Positions 29,304 through 38,374 of a DNA stretch of 64,000 nucleotides are shown here, piece by piece. Origin of the DNA: an uncultured Candidatus Rokubacteria bacterium (lineage in GTDB: Bacteria; Methylomirabilota; Methylomirabilia; Rokubacteriales; DASRDR01); contig CAWDVE010000016.1 of assembly GCA_963805625.1 (NCBI GenBank), positions 448,001 to 512,000 on the forward strand, in the 5' to 3' direction. The notes under the pieces are model-generated. The model searched no databases. It was given only the letters and a program-made list of their open reading frames with translations, and had not been told where the DNA came from. A program made the translations under genes and the position numbers. Numbering within the stretch: the first letter of the stretch is position 1; the number at the start of each line of letters is the position of its first letter.

Positions 29304-30380
29304 TCAGGACTGACCGCTGGGGACGCCGGCCCCCTCGTCGATCCACAGGTGGCTCCAGGTGAAGATGGCAGGGGCGCCGCCAGTGTGGACGAAGATCGCC
29401 GTATCGTCCCGGGTGAGGCGACCCTCGCGGGCGTGGGCAATCAGGGCGGCGGCGCACTTCCCAGTATACACGGGGTCGAGGATGAGGCCTTCGGTGCGCG
29501 CGAACAGCCGAACCGCCTCCGTGCCTGCCGGGCTGGGCCGGCCGTAGCCGGGGCCTACGAAGTCGTCGAAGTTCACGACGTCCTCGGGATGCACCCTTAC
29601 CTCGAGACCGAGCGTGACGGCCGTCTCGTTGGCGATGGCGGCCGTGCGAGCGGGCACGTCGTGCTCGCGGGTCGCCGTCACGCCGTGCACGCGGAAGCCG
29701 CCCCAGAGCTTCCGCGCCAGCTCGAGGCCGGCCTGGCCCTTGCCCGAGGACGACATGTAGAGGACGGTCGCCGCCGTGCCGGCAGCGCGGAGCTGCTCGA
29801 TCATCTCCATCGTCGTCTCCAGGTAGGCGATCGCCGAGGCGACGTCGAACATCGGATTGTCGTTCAGGATGTGCGGGCGCTCGCCCCGCTGCCGGCAGTC
29901 CTCCGCCAGGCGGTCCAGCATCCGTCGCTGCTCCGTCCGATCCGGCGCGAAGTGGATCTCGGCCCCCAGGAGGTAGTCGACGAGAAGGTTGCCCTGGACC
30001 TCGCGCGGCCGGGCGCCTTCGAGCACGAGCACGGTCCGGAGGCCGAGCCGGTTGCAGGCGCCCACCGTCTGTCGCGCCGAGTTCGACTGGAGATCGAGCC
30101 CGACGAGCACAACATCGGGCTGCTCGGCCATCGTGCGCGCCAGCCGGAACTCGAGGTTGCGGAGCTTGTTGCCGCCGAGCGCGACCCCGGTGAGGTCGTC
30201 GCGCTTGACGAAGATCCGGGGCCCGGCGAGCGCCCGGGTGAGGTTCGGGGCCTCGACCATCGGCGTAGGTCGGATGGCGATCGGCACCCGAGGAATTCGC
30301 GCGATCTTCGCCCGGATGTCGGCAAAGCTCGTTGCGGCCAGCGGCGCCGCAGCCGCGGCGGACCGGGCGGGAGTGCTCAT
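29304..30380 (-). CDS. D-cysteine desulfhydrase/ACC deaminase family PLP enzyme
   Basis: KRDDLTG..GGNKLR, QSN, LDPVYTGK, HTGG. Confidence 0.9.
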   Translation of the reverse strand: MSTPARSAAAAAPLAATSFADIRAKIARIPRVPIAIRPTPMVEAPNLTRALAGPRIFVKRDDLTGVALGGNKLRNLEFRLARTMAEQPDVVLVGLDLQSNSARQTVGACNRLGLRTVLVLEGARPREVQGNLLVDYLLGAEIHFAPDRTEQRRMLDRLAEDCRQRGERPHILNDNPMFDVASAIAYLETTMEMIEQLRAAGTAATVLYMSSSGKGQAGLELARKLWGGFRVHGVTATREHDVPARTAAIANETAVTLGLEVRVHPEDVVNFDDFVGPGYGRPSPAGTEAVRLFARTEGLILDPVYTGKCAAALIAHAREGRLTRDDTAIFVHTGGAPAIFTWSHLWIDEGAGVPSGQS

Positions 30381-30511
30381 GCGGTCTCCTCGACGGCGAT
30401 CGGGGCGTCGGCGGCACGCCGGTGGATGCCGACGTTCATACGGCTGAGCCGGAGGGCTCGCGGCCGCCCGCGGCGCGGCAGGGCTCGATCGCGGCCATCA
30501 CGATGATCGGA

Positions 30512-30540
30512 AAGTTACGCAATCTCGCCAGAGGAGTCAA
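30512..30540 (-). promoter_or_regulatory. Sigma70 promoter for the PLP enzyme/peptide ABC operon
   Basis: TTGACT-N17-TAACTT. Confidence 0.55.
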
Positions 30541-30627
30541 CCGATGGCGCCCATGCGCGGCGGCAGCGTGGTGCGTGACGTCGACACCGAGATCGGCCGT
30601 GCTCCGGCGCCACTCGGCGCCGGCCCG

Positions 30628-31491
30628 CTAGCCCTTCAGGCCCGTGAGGGCGACCGACTCCATGATGCGGCGCCGCAGGATGATGAAGGCGATCAGCATC
30701 GGAACGGTATTCAGGACGGCGGCCGCGCTCAGGAGGTGGTAGTCCACCGTGAACCGGAACTGGAACGTGGAGAGCCCCAGCTCCATCAGGTACATGCTCC
30801 GGTTGGTGGCCATGAGGAGCGGCCAGATGAAGGCGGACCACGCCTGGATGAATGCCAGGATGCCGATGGCGCCGATGGCTGACGAGCAGAGCGGCACGAT
30901 CACCTGAAGGAAGATGCGCAGCTCGGACGCCCCGTCGACCCTCGCGGCGTCAACGAGCTCGTCGGGGATGCCGTGGGCGATGTGCTGCCGCATGAGGAAG
31001 ATCCCGAAGCTCATGATCAGGTAGGGTGCCGCGATGCCCTGGTAGGTGTTGATCCAGCCGAACGACTTCATCGTGAGGTAGAGCGGAATCATGTACGTCT
31101 CGAACGGAAACATGGCGGAGGCCAGGATCACGAGGAACAGGAGCTTCTTGCCCGGGAACTGGTACTTGCCGAAGATGAACCCGGCCAGCAACGACGTCGC
31201 GATCACCATCAGCGTGGAACCCACCGCGACGATGACGCTGTTGAGGAAGTAGCGGATGAAGGGTGCCGCCTCCATGACGGCCGGGTAGTTCGCCCAGGTC
31301 CAGTGGATCGGGAGCACCCGAGGGGGCCACAGGAGGGTCTCGTCCGCCGGCTTGAAGGACGTCCCGACCATCCAGAGATACGGGAAGAGCATCACGGCGC
31401 AGCCGGCCAGGAGGACCAGGTGGGTCAGGAGCGGCACGCCGGTCCGGCGCCACCAGGTTTCGCGCGCCCGTCGAGCTGGCACCGGGCTCAC
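30628..31491 (-). CDS. Carbohydrate ABC permease (MalG-like)
   Basis: IPDELVDAARVDGAS EAA loop; GTGA overlap. Confidence 0.92.
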   Translation of the reverse strand: MSPVPARRARETWWRRTGVPLLTHLVLLAGCAVMLFPYLWMVGTSFKPADETLLWPPRVLPIHWTWANYPAVMEAAPFIRYFLNSVIVAVGSTLMVIATSLLAGFIFGKYQFPGKKLLFLVILASAMFPFETYMIPLYLTMKSFGWINTYQGIAAPYLIMSFGIFLMRQHIAHGIPDELVDAARVDGASELRIFLQVIVPLCSSAIGAIGILAFIQAWSAFIWPLLMATNRSMYLMELGLSTFQFRFTVDYHLLSAAAVLNTVPMLIAFIILRRRIMESVALTGLKG

Positions 31492-32381
31492 TCCCCGTCG
31501 AGCCGGATGACGCGGAACTGGATTAGCGTCAGCGTGAGGATGATCAGCGTGAGGACCACGGCCTCCGCCGAGGCGTATCCCATCTTGAAGAACTGGAAGC
31601 CGTTCTGGTAGATGTCGAAGACCAGCACGCGCAGCGACGCCCCCGGGGCCGCCTGGGAGCCCTGCGTCATCACGTAGACCTGGGTGAACACATTGTAGGC
31701 GTTGATGGTCGAGACGACGATCACGAAGAGGAGGATCGGCCGGAGCAGCGGCAGCGTGATCCGCTGGAACATCCGCCAGCCGAAGGCGCCGTCGATGGCC
31801 GCCGCCTCGTAGAGGCTGGCCGGGATGTTCTTGAGCCCGACGAGGAGGAGCACCATGTTGTAGCCGAGCACCTTCCAGACACTCATGATGATGATCGACC
31901 AGATGGCGACCTCGGGCGACGTCAGCCATCCGACCGGCGGGACCCCGAACCAGGACAGGAGGTAGTTCAGGATCCCGACGCGGGCGTCGAAGATCCACTT
32001 CCACGCGATCGCCATGGGCACCATGGGCGTGATCACGGGCAGGAAGTAGATGGCCTGGTACGCGGCCGTGAAGCGGAGCTTCCCGGCCAGCAGGACGGCC
32101 AGCGCCAGTCCGGCCACGACGGACAAAGCCACCACGGCCACGGCGAAGAGCGTCGTGTTCCAGAGGGCCACCAGGAAGTTCTGGTCCTGGAGGAGCTCCC
32201 GGTAGTTCGCCAGCCCGACCCATGGCTTCAGTGGCCTGATCAGGTGCCAGTCGTGGAACGACAGGAAGAAGGTCCGGCCGATCGGCTCGAGCCGCAGCAC
32301 CCAGTAGATGGCGAACACCGGCAGGAGGCCGAGGTAGCAGAAGCGGTACTTCGCGAGCGTCAGGCGGTTCAGGCGGAGCGT
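31488..32381 (-). CDS. Carbohydrate ABC permease (MalF-like)
   Basis: VGLANY, LYEAAAIDGA, MGYASA; N-terminal residues upstream of GTG 32318, start inferred at ACG 32381. Confidence 0.9.
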   Translation of the reverse strand, partial: TLRLNRLTLAKYRFCYLGLLPVFAIYWVLRLEPIGRTFFLSFHDWHLIRPLKPWVGLANYRELLQDQNFLVALWNTTLFAVAVVALSVVAGLALAVLLAGKLRFTAAYQAIYFLPVITPMVPMAIAWKWIFDARVGILNYLLSWFGVPPVGWLTSPEVAIWSIIIMSVWKVLGYNMVLLLVGLKNIPASLYEAAAIDGAFGWRMFQRITLPLLRPILLFVIVVSTINAYNVFTQVYVMTQGSQAAPGASLRVLVFDIYQNGFQFFKMGYASAEAVVLTLIILTLTLIQFRVIRLDGE

Positions 32382-32400
32382 GGTCGTGGCCTCGACGCGC

Positions 32401-32434
32401 GCCCCGCCGCTCTCGCCCGCGAGGGCGGCGGGGC
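32401..32434. terminator. GC-rich intercistronic stem-loop after the SBP gene
   Basis: GCCCCGCCGC..CTCGC/GCGAG..GCGGCGGGGC inverted repeat; no U tract. Confidence 0.5.
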
Positions 32435-32462
32435 GTCCAGCGTCACGATGGAAAGACGGGGC

Positions 32463-33827
32463 CTAGTCGGTGCCGTAGACTCCGGCCTTCTTCAGGAGCT
32501 CGTCGCTCTGAGCGGCCATATCCTTGATGGTCTTGGCGATGCCCGCGGGGTTGTCGAGGAGCGACTTGTCGGCGTAGGCGGTGACCAGACGATCCGCCAT
32601 CTTGGTCTCCAACTCGTCCCAGACCGGGAGAGCCGGCTCGGCGTAGATGGCGCGACCCTTGTCCCACTGGACGAACGGCTTGAACTGGGGCGTCTCCTTG
32701 AGGAGTGGACCCCAGTCGGCGTCCTCGCGCAAGGAGAGCCACCCCGTCTGGCGGGTGAGCTGCACCGCCATCGCCGGGCTCACCAGGAACTGGGCGAAGT
32801 CCCAGGCCGCCTCCGCGTTCTTGCCCTTGCTGACGTAGATGCTGTACGGCTGGGTCATCCCACCCCAGCGCTTGGCGCGCGGGACCGCAACCGTGTTGTA
32901 CTCGACCTTTGGCCCCTTTTCCTTCAGCTCGCCGATGACATACGCCTCCCGCATCAGCATGGCCGCCTGCTCGCTCACGAAGGCGGACGAGTCGTGAGGG
33001 AGCTTCTGGTCGTCCACCCGGTACTTGTGGACGGCGTCGACGTAGAACTTGAGCGCGGCCCGCCCGGCATCGTTGTCATAGTTGTTGTGCCACTTGCCGG
33101 ACTTCGTCTGGACGATCGGGTCCCCACCCATCGCGTAGAGGACGTACCAGAACTTCTCGGCGACCCCCGAGCCCTGGCCCGAGAGGCGAAGGCTAATGCC
33201 GGCTCGGGTGGGGTTTCCGGCGGCGTCCTTCTTCGTGAGCTTCTGGGCGGTGGCCAGCAGCTCGTCGAAGGTCTGAGGCGGCTTGCTGGGGTCGAGCCCG
33301 GCTTCCTTGAACATCTTCGTGTTGTAGAAGAGCGCCGGCTTCGAGCCCTCCATGAGGGGGAGCCCGTACACCTGTCCCTTCCACGTGTTGTACTCGATGA
33401 CGACCGGGTGGAAGGCCTTGCTCTTCAGGAGCGCCATGACCTTGGGTGGGTTCGGCGGGAGAAGGTTCGCGTCGGAGAGGCTGATCGAGATGTTGCGCGC
33501 GACGTCGAAGATGTCGGGACCCGTGTCGGTCGGGATCGACGCCGTGATCTTCTGCTCCATCTCACGGAGTTGGGTCGACAGGGTCTCGAGCTTGAAGCCG
33601 GGGTTCTTCTTCGCGTACTCCTGGCCGGCCACCTTGTAGAAGGCCTCGATGTCGGGGAACCCGGACCAGATGGTGAGGGTCACCGGCGCGGCGACGCTGA
33701 TGTGGGGGCGGAGCGCCGTCACCCCGGCCGCCGCGGCCAGCCCGACCCCGGTGCGCTGCAGGAAGGTTCGTCGGGAGATGCCCGAGGTGGTTCGCTTGGG
33801 TTTGGTCGACCCGGTGTGCTGTTTCAA
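32463..33827 (-). CDS. Carbohydrate ABC substrate-binding protein with Tat signal
   Basis: SRRTFL twin-arginine motif, GPDI, YGLP, LFYNTKMFKEAG; TTG start after GGAGG. Confidence 0.92.
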   Translation of the reverse strand: MKQHTGSTKPKRTTSGISRRTFLQRTGVGLAAAAGVTALRPHISVAAPVTLTIWSGFPDIEAFYKVAGQEYAKKNPGFKLETLSTQLREMEQKITASIPTDTGPDIFDVARNISISLSDANLLPPNPPKVMALLKSKAFHPVVIEYNTWKGQVYGLPLMEGSKPALFYNTKMFKEAGLDPSKPPQTFDELLATAQKLTKKDAAGNPTRAGISLRLSGQGSGVAEKFWYVLYAMGGDPIVQTKSGKWHNNYDNDAGRAALKFYVDAVHKYRVDDQKLPHDSSAFVSEQAAMLMREAYVIGELKEKGPKVEYNTVAVPRAKRWGGMTQPYSIYVSKGKNAEAAWDFAQFLVSPAMAVQLTRQTGWLSLREDADWGPLLKETPQFKPFVQWDKGRAIYAEPALPVWDELETKMADRLVTAYADKSLLDNPAGIAKTIKDMAAQSDELLKKAGVYGTD

Positions 33828-33941
33828 AGCTCATTCCTCCCGACTGGTCGCGTTGTGGACACACGTCCCGTCCGCCCGCCCGGACGACGCCGGTGTCCGC
33901 GACCGTAGGTCTCGCTCCGGAGGGAGGAGGACGCATCAGGG

Positions 33942-33970
33942 ACTCTAGTCGATGCCGGACGGCCCGTCAA
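33942..33970 (-). promoter_or_regulatory. Sigma70 promoter for the sugar ABC operon
   Basis: TTGACG-N17-TAGAGT. Confidence 0.6.
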
Positions 33971-33981
33971 TGAGCCCCGGC

Positions 33982-34059
33982 ATCAACGACTACTTCGACG
34001 GGCTCATGAGCGATCTGCGCCTTAATGACCGGCCGCTGGGAGCGGAAATCGCGGCCTGG
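33982..34059 (+). pseudogene. Relic of a LamG-domain C-terminus
   Basis: INDYFDGLMSDLRLNDRPLGAEIAAW resembles the LamG terminal FxGxxxxLRLYxRxLxxxEI motif. Confidence 0.45.
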
Positions 34060-34131
34060 CGATGCGATTGGCAGAACCTACGATCCTGGTTGGGGAGCTG
34101 GATCAGGCCGCCGCCAATGCGCTCGGGCTCG

Positions 34132-35226
34132 CTACTTGGACGCGAGCCGCTTGATCTCCCGCTCCATCAACTCGGCATCGAGTGGCAACTCGACGGTCCT
34201 CCCCAGGAGGCCGGACAGGAGCATCGCGTTGCCGATCTCCAGCGACCGGATCGCCTCCGCCGCCGGGGCCAGAATCGGCCTGCCATCGAGAATGGCGTCC
34301 CGGAAGTTCTCGAGAATGACGATGTGGCTCTCGGGGCCTTCGCCGTCGCCCGCCACGGGCACATCGATCTCCTGGCACGGCGGCCGGGCGAAGCGCTCCT
34401 TCGTGGTCCGGCTGAACTCCGAGGTCGGCACCTCGTTCCTGAAAAACTTGAGCTTGCCGCTCTCGGTATCCAGCTCCAGCTTCCCCTTGTCGCCGGCGAT
34501 CTCCACCCGGCTGGTGCCCGGCGCCTCGCCAGTCGTCACGGCGAACAGCCCGGTGGCGCCACTCGGATACTCGAGCACGGCGCTGACGTCGTCCTCCACC
34601 TCGATAGGATGGTACTTGCCGAGACCGATCTTCGCGGTGACTCGCGCGGGGAGCCCCGCGAACCACTGAAGGAGATCCAGGTCGTGAGGGGCTTGGTTGA
34701 TCAGAACTCCCCCGCCTTCGCCGGCCCAGGTCGCCCGCCACCCGCCGCTCGCATAGTAGGCGTGCGGGCGGAACAGGCCGGTGGCGAGCCAGATCACGCG
34801 GCGTATCTCCCCGAGTTCCCCTGTCTCGATCATGGATCGGATCTTGACGTTCACGGGGCGTGTTCGCTCGTTGAAGATGACGCCGAAGCGGCGAGTCTTG
34901 TCTACGTGCGCGGCGAGCACGCGGCGGCCATCGGCCACGTGCACGGCCAGAGGCTTGTCGGTCAGTACGTGCAGCCCCCGCTTGAGGGCGTCGATGGCCA
35001 CCTCGGGGTGGCTCCAGTGAGGCGTCGCGATGACAACCGCCTCCACACGGCCCGAGGCGATCATGGCGCGGTGGTCCGAGAACTTCTCTCCCGGCAGGTC
35101 CTGTATCTTGGCGAGGGTCCGATTGCAGACGGCCGCCAGCTCCAGCCCGTCGATAGACTGTATCGCGTCGGCATACACGCGGCCCATGGAACCGACACCG
35201 ACGACGCCAACTCTCACGCTCTTCAA
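34132..35226 (-). CDS. Gfo/Idh/MocA oxidoreductase
   Basis: GVGSMG, ATPHWSH, DKPL, GGGVLINQAPHDLD. Confidence 0.93.
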   Translation of the reverse strand: MKSVRVGVVGVGSMGRVYADAIQSIDGLELAAVCNRTLAKIQDLPGEKFSDHRAMIASGRVEAVVIATPHWSHPEVAIDALKRGLHVLTDKPLAVHVADGRRVLAAHVDKTRRFGVIFNERTRPVNVKIRSMIETGELGEIRRVIWLATGLFRPHAYYASGGWRATWAGEGGGVLINQAPHDLDLLQWFAGLPARVTAKIGLGKYHPIEVEDDVSAVLEYPSGATGLFAVTTGEAPGTSRVEIAGDKGKLELDTESGKLKFFRNEVPTSEFSRTTKERFARPPCQEIDVPVAGDGEGPESHIVILENFRDAILDGRPILAPAAEAIRSLEIGNAMLLSGLLGRTVELPLDAELMEREIKRLASK

Positions 35227-35325
35227 CTCGGCTCTCCTTTCGGGTCCTTCACTTCGGCGGGTCCTCGCCTCGCCTTCTTCGAACGGGAGGAAAGCACGGC
35301 GAGAGCCCAGTGTCGCACGCCTGCA

Positions 35326-36999
35326 TCAGGCCACACCCCGGCGCGCAGTCAGCGCGGCGATCTCGCCGGCCGCGAGTGCCCGATCGTAGAGCCGGACCCC
35401 CGCCAGCTCGCCGTCGAGGCCGGTCTGCGGGCCGCCACCCAGCCACAGCGTCGGACCACTGCCGAGATCGAGCGGCACGGCCGGGTCGTCATCGGCCCGC
35501 GAGGCAACCCGATGCCCGTCGACGTACAGGGCGATCGTGCCCCGCTCACGGACGGCAGCGACGTGTCGCCAACCGACCTCGAGCGCCCGATCGTGCGAGA
35601 CGGCAAGGCCGGCCTGCATCGAGTAGACATTCGCGCCCGGCAGCGTGCCGCAGAACAGCTCGCCACGGTAGACGCCCATGGCATGCGCCCGGCGATAGAG
35701 GACGTCGGGCGTCGTGTCCAGCGTCCGGAGCGCCGACCACTCCCGGTCCCGGTCGCGGCGGTAGACCTGCGCATGCGGCAGCGTGCCCGCGTAGAGCATC
35801 CCGTTGAAGGATGCGAGCGCCATCACCTCGGTCTCGCTCCCGAGCCGGCCGGTGCTCTCCCAGCGACCGGATGAACCGAGCCGAAAAACGAGCCCGCTCG
35901 GCCACGTGCTGATGTACATCTGGCCGCCGTGGGTCACGATCGAATAGAGCTGGGTCGTGTCGGGTTGGAGGCCGCAGCTCGTCCAGCGCTCGCCGCCGTC
36001 GTAACGGAAGACGCCGCCGCCGCCCTCGCTCGACTCGGCGGCCACGACCACTCCCGCTCGCGTCTGCTCGATCGCCGACTCGACGTGCACGTGGTCGTTG
36101 CCGGCCCCGTACAGCGCGCCATCGTGGACGCCCAGCGCGAGCAGGCGCCGGCCCGGCGTCCCGCACCAGGTCCACCTCCCCGGAGCGTCCATGCGGAAGA
36201 GCCCCTGCGAGTAGAGCGGTGTCGCGTAGAGCGTTCCATCGAAGGGCACGAGCCCGGCCACGGAATCGGCTCCCTCGAGCTGCCCGCAGTCGCTCCACTC
36301 GGTCCCGCCCTCGTACCGCAGGATCCGGCCGCCGGGGTTCAGGTTGAGCGAATCGGGACGGCCCGAGCCGCCACCCTTCACCCGCGACACGCCCGCATAG
36401 AGGTGGCCCTCGTGGACCGCGAGGCGCGTCACCGCGTTGGCGTCCCAGGGCGTTCCGCAGTCGATCCACTTCCGATCCTCGAGCCGATAGACGTGGCCGA
36501 GCGGCGACGATGACTCCTCCCACGTCGCCGTGTACAGGTGGCCGTCGTGGACGACCAGGGCGTAGATCATCACCGCGGCCTCGGCCGGCGAGCCGTAGTC
36601 GGTCCAGCGCGGCTCGCGGCCAGCATCGAGCCCGAAGAACAGGTTGCGATCGTTGCAGTGGCTGCCGCAGATCGCCTCGTGGCGGAAGCCGAGCGTGAAC
36701 CCCCGCCGCATGGTCGGATCGAAGAATGCCGCCAGATCGCCGAGCGGCGACGTCGGTCGGGCGTTGGCGTTCACCCAGAGCGCGAGGCTGAAATCGGTCA
36801 TCCCGAGCTCGCGGACCCCAGGGACCTCGAGATGGCCCTTCCCCCGCTCGATCCGGGCCACTGATGCCGTCATCGTCGGGTCGGTCGACCGACCGAACGC
36901 CACGCGCCCATGCGGGACCGCGTGCCGACTTCCGCCGGATCCGTCACGGCCGTCGACCGACAGGTCCCACGATCCAATCAGGTGGTTCTCGGATGACAT
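35326..36999 (-). CDS. LamG-like jelly-roll protein with inserted beta-propeller
   Basis: DFSLALWV ... WRHVAAVR, LYVDG, GELAGVRLYDRAL flank seven LxxxxGxLY-type repeats; ATG 36999. Confidence 0.72.
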   Translation of the reverse strand: MSSENHLIGSWDLSVDGRDGSGGSRHAVPHGRVAFGRSTDPTMTASVARIERGKGHLEVPGVRELGMTDFSLALWVNANARPTSPLGDLAAFFDPTMRRGFTLGFRHEAICGSHCNDRNLFFGLDAGREPRWTDYGSPAEAAVMIYALVVHDGHLYTATWEESSSPLGHVYRLEDRKWIDCGTPWDANAVTRLAVHEGHLYAGVSRVKGGGSGRPDSLNLNPGGRILRYEGGTEWSDCGQLEGADSVAGLVPFDGTLYATPLYSQGLFRMDAPGRWTWCGTPGRRLLALGVHDGALYGAGNDHVHVESAIEQTRAGVVVAAESSEGGGGVFRYDGGERWTSCGLQPDTTQLYSIVTHGGQMYISTWPSGLVFRLGSSGRWESTGRLGSETEVMALASFNGMLYAGTLPHAQVYRRDRDREWSALRTLDTTPDVLYRRAHAMGVYRGELFCGTLPGANVYSMQAGLAVSHDRALEVGWRHVAAVRERGTIALYVDGHRVASRADDDPAVPLDLGSGPTLWLGGGPQTGLDGELAGVRLYDRALAAGEIAALTARRGVA

Positions 37000-37024
37000 G
37001 GTCGGCCAGCTCCCTCGTCTGTCG

Positions 37025-37239
37025 GAGGTCCTTGACACGGGGCTTGTCGCGGCCCATGACGGCGACGTTGGCTTCGGTCGCCGCGGGGGCTGTTCGAGCT
37101 GCGCGAGATCGACGGGTCGATGCCTCGCCTGACCAGTTCGGCGATCGCCTCGAGCAGCATCGCGTTCATCCCGAAGGCGTTCACGAACGTCGACCGGCCC
37201 GACCTTCTCGCCGACCCGGGCGAGAAGCTCGGCGTCCAA
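37025..37239 (-). pseudogene. Frameshifted C-terminal relic of a SIS-domain sugar isomerase-like gene
   Basis: DA..VGEKVGP / STFVNAFGMNAMLLEAIAELVRRGIDP..RSSN..GD / EAN across frameshifts. Confidence 0.6.
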
Positions 37240-37498
37240 AGCCTGTTCCCTGCTCCCTCCCCGGCCCCATCGTCAGCCAGCACCGCATTCCGGGGTCGCC
37301 GGACTCTAGCGCGCGGCAGGCCGGCTCGGCAAGGGTCAGCGCGAGCTGTGCCCGCGCCGTCGCTCCCGCGCGAGGCCCGTCTCGCGTGTGGGCTACGGGC
37401 CGGTGCTAGAATGGCGCTCGCCGTCATTTCCACGACGCTGGCCATCACGTTGGTCATCATGCCGGCTGCGTGCTGGCTGACCGCGGGAGGAACCCAGG

Positions 37499-38317
37499 AT
37501 GCTGTTGCGCAACAAGGTCGCGGTCGTTACCGGATCTGGCCGGGGCATCGGCCGGGGCATCGCCACGCGCTTCGCCCTCGAGGGTGCCCGGGTCGTCGTC
37601 AACGACCGCGACGACGACGTCGCCGCGCGGACGGCGAAGGAGATCCGGGAGGCGGGAGGAACCTGCCTCGAGGTGGCCGCCGACGTCAGCGTGGAATCGG
37701 AGGTGGCGCGTCTGTTCGACGAGACGCTGCGGGCCTTCGGCACGCTCGACGTTCTCGTCAACAACGCCCAGATGTTCGTCAACAAGGGTGAGAGCGGCGC
37801 CTTCCTCACCATGACCAGCGCCGGCTGGGACGCCTACGTGCGCGCCAACATGGGCATCCTGTTCTACTGCACGCACCAGGCGGCGCGGATCATGGCGCGG
37901 CGGGGCGTGCGCGGCAACATCATCAACATCAGCAGCAACGGCGCCAACCGCGTCCACCGGAACCTGATCGCGTACGACTCGGTGAAGGGGGCCATCGACA
38001 CGTTCACGCGCGCGGTGGCCGTCGACCTGGCCCCGTGGGGCATTCGTTGCAACGCGCTCCGTCCGGGGATGATCGCGGTCGACTACTGGGAGGGCCTCTC
38101 GCCCGACGAGAAGGCGCGGCGGATCGAGACCATCCCTATCGGCCGGGAGGGCCGCCCGACCGACATCGCCTGGGCCGCCGTCTTCCTGGCAGCCGACGAC
38201 GCCGGATTCGTCACCGGTCAGAACTTCGAGATCGACGGCGGCATGTTGGCACCAGGGCGCTCGGCGCAAGCCGAACTGGGCCAGGTCAACACCCCGGAGA
38301 GCATCGGCGACTTCTGA
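37499..38317 (+). CDS. SDR family oxidoreductase
   Basis: TGSGRGIG, VNNA, YDSVK, FVTGQ. Confidence 0.92.
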   Translation: MLLRNKVAVVTGSGRGIGRGIATRFALEGARVVVNDRDDDVAARTAKEIREAGGTCLEVAADVSVESEVARLFDETLRAFGTLDVLVNNAQMFVNKGESGAFLTMTSAGWDAYVRANMGILFYCTHQAARIMARRGVRGNIINISSNGANRVHRNLIAYDSVKGAIDTFTRAVAVDLAPWGIRCNALRPGMIAVDYWEGLSPDEKARRIETIPIGREGRPTDIAWAAVFLAADDAGFVTGQNFEIDGGMLAPGRSAQAELGQVNTPESIGDF

Positions 38318-38374
38318 CGACCTCCGGCTGCCGAATCGCCGAGGACCAGCGGTTGGCCGGGGAGGGAGCGGCGC

